This document shows, piece after piece, positions 61,751 through 64,000 of a stretch of DNA of 64,000 nt (position 1 is the first letter of the stretch; each line of letters begins with the position of its first letter). Source of the DNA: Camelus dromedarius (lineage: Eukaryota); NCBI RefSeq assembly GCF_036321535.1, contig NC_087436.1, positions 115,880,001-115,944,000 of the forward strand, given 5' to 3'. Below the pieces are notes generated by a model, which had not been told where the DNA came from, searched no databases, and saw nothing but the letters and a program-made list of their open reading frames with translations. The translations under genes were made by a program, and so were the position numbers.

Positions 61751-63240
61751 GAACTTAAACTAATTTTTTCCACAAATTTTTCTCTAATGTATGTGAATTT
61801 GTTGTATATTCTATTCATTATTTATTTTCCATTAATGAATGGTTTGATTATTTCCTTTGGTGAGCAGAATTTTCCAGCAGTGGAAGACCTGAATAATGCA
61901 GAGTTAACTAATTACGTTCCTTTTTTTTTTCAGCATGCACATTTCAGATGCAGAAAGATTCTTACCAAGGGAAAATAAAAACCCAACATTTTAAATTGCC
62001 ACTGCCTAGAAAATGTGATGGGAAAATGCTCCAGATTAGTTTGAAAATTCATGACCAGGCTAGAAAAATAAATAATAAAACAAAAGCCTGATCTCTCTGT
62101 TAAACCAGCAGCAAATTGCAGGAAATCAGCAGATCCGGGGTCTAGGGCTGGCCAACTCACTCTGTAGTAAGTTAACTGGGAATTTCAGTCCTTGGTTTTT
62201 CCGCCCCCTCCCTTCATGTTTGCCCTTTAACTGCTGACAATCAAGAGCTTATGAATCCATGAAATTAATTTCAAAATAAGAACAGACAAATTGTATTTCA
62301 TTAGAATAAATACCTTCTGTGATTTTTGATCTCTAATCCCAAGGCACATGATCAAATCAATGAAGGTACACACTCTAACTTCAAAAGCCAAGCAGAAAAT
62401 TGATTTATGTTACATCATAACAGAGAATAAAAATCAGGATGGGCCAAAAGGAAAACTAATAATACAATTCTTCTAAAACTGCATGATTTTTTTCCTTCTT
62501 ACATGTTGTATTATTTCTTGTTTAGACAGAGTACTCATATCCAGGGTTGATGCCCATGGGCTCACACTGCTAAGGCCATGTTGACTAGTAACAGCCAGTG
62601 TCAGTTCTGCTCGGTCACAATTTGTGCCATTACAGTGGTTTAATATTTTTAATGTCACCCTGCACATATCCATTGGGAAATGTATACAACCTCCTTCTTA
62701 ACCTGAACAGTTGCAGATAGATGGATATTTTATCCTTGATCTGTCAATCATTATGGAAATAGTTCCGTTCTGGGGTTGCACTGGCCTGGGTTTGAGCCCC
62801 AGATACCCTACACACCTGCTGGAGCAATTCCCACATCCTCCGTAGCATCCGGTAGTCGCTGCCCCACTTAAAACAGGTTGTTGTACAGTTTTGCTTGTCT
62901 AAACAGAGTGAGTATAGGATGTTCACTTCCAGATAAGATTTCTTTCAGAAAAATAGAATTTTCCTCCCAGGTAGGTTGTAGGCAAACGGGGAAGGGGCCA
63001 TGCCCAAGTGGATTAAGGCCAGCCGGTGACAGGTTCTATAGTTAGGTCAAGATGGAAACAGGAAGAGCCACTCAAGGCTCAGTGCCGAGGGGTTCCATGT
63101 AAAAGATATCTGTAGAAATCAGAAAGAGCCATCTTTTTTTCAAGCCCAAGGACTGAGCAGGAGCAAGGCAGTGGAGGTGCTAGCTGGGTGAACAAGGAGA
63201 AAACATGCTGGTAGAAAGATGTAAAGGAGTGAGGCTGGGA

Positions 63241-63418
63241 TAGCAATTCTCAGATCTGGCTGTGTCGGAATCTCTCAGGAAGCCTTTGTGTACATAGATG
63301 TTCAAGTCACATCTCACTGTACAGAATCCGGATCTCCAGGGGTGGAAACTCCATGTCTGCAGTCTACACAGCACCTGGATTATTCACTTGTATTCATCCA
63401 TCATTTGGTCTAACACTG
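63241..63418. mobile_element. MER5-like hAT-Charlie MITE
   Basis: tagcaattctcagatctggctg...agaatccggatctccaggggtgg...aacactg. Confidence 0.65.
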
Positions 63419-63639
63419 GTGTTTAGGGAGCACCTTCCAGAACAGTATCTATGCATGATAATATGTACTGGCTTTTGGCTGTATGATTTAAAGAAATTAT
63501 GATGGACGAATTTTAAAGTACAGAAAACAATAAATGTAGTTGTTGAAATGGAATAGTATCATGGCTGGAATCTAAGAACTTAAATGTTACCTTTCTTCTT
63601 CCTGCTGGGAAAAAATAAATAAACACATAGACTTGCAGA

Positions 63640-63808
63640 GACTTAGATTTGGTGTTTTTTCACTTAAGCATCTGTATGATCATGGCAACTTACCAAAATC
63701 CTTTACAAATGATTTCGTATCTGTTGAATTAAAAACAGTATTTCGTAGCTCTTAGAGTTATTATGAGGAGCAAATAAAACATTGTTGGCAAATTGCCAGG
63801 TAGAATGG
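63640..63808 (+). mobile_element. MIR
   Basis: ctgtatgatcatggcaacttac...gagttattatgaggagcaaataa. Confidence 0.6.
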
Positions 63809-63814
63809 TATCTT

Positions 63815-63816
<2 letters not shown>

Positions 63817-63871
<55 letters not shown>
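63817..63871. repeat. (TATC)13 tetranucleotide STR
   Basis: Perfect run at 63817-63868. Confidence 0.97.
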
Positions 63872-63872
63872 G

Positions 63873-64000
63873 CAGTTGACCCTTAAACAATACAAGGGGG
63901 CTAGGGGCATCCACCCCTGCCCAGTGAAAAATCCACATATAACTTCACAGTCATCCCTTTGTATCTGAAGTTCCACATCCAAAGATTCAACCAACTACAG
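63873..64000 (+). mobile_element. Tigger2-derived TcMar MITE, cut by window end
   Basis: cagttgacccttaaacaa TIR...gaaaaatccacatataactt...gattcaaccaac. Confidence 0.85.

Noticed and set aside
1..64000. CRISPR array, operon-like system, processed pseudogene, or host-gene strand inferred from L1 orientation
   Set aside because: I saw no spaced direct repeats and no cellular-protein homology, and L1s occur on both strands without a clear bias.

Overview
This is AT-rich mammalian non-coding DNA, intergenic or deep intronic. It is most likely from a camelid, judging by two vic-1-type tRNA-derived SINEs and camelid-type L1 3' ends. I find no host protein-coding exon, RNA gene, CpG island or prokaryotic-type system that I can support. 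The long ORFs in the track are L1 ORF2 pieces or chance ORFs in repeats. Much of the window is a layered transposon record: ancient L2, MIR, CR1/L3, HAL1 and L1M; ERVL and MaLR LTRs, including a two-LTR MLT1 remnant; hAT and Tigger MITEs; and younger lineage L1s and SINEs. I cannot claim a new biological system. The best leads concern retrotransposon mechanism: (1) a young L1 3' end with a one-directional A-to-G excess, which is one arm of a close inverted L1 pair; (2) an orphan, near-intact L1 reverse-transcriptase fragment with YADD, no poly(A) and no TSD, lying inside a MaLR internal region; (3) an L1 5'-UTR-only insertion with a candidate TSD. Repeat family names come from recalled consensus sequences, not from a database search. 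Boundaries are approximate unless a TSD is quoted.
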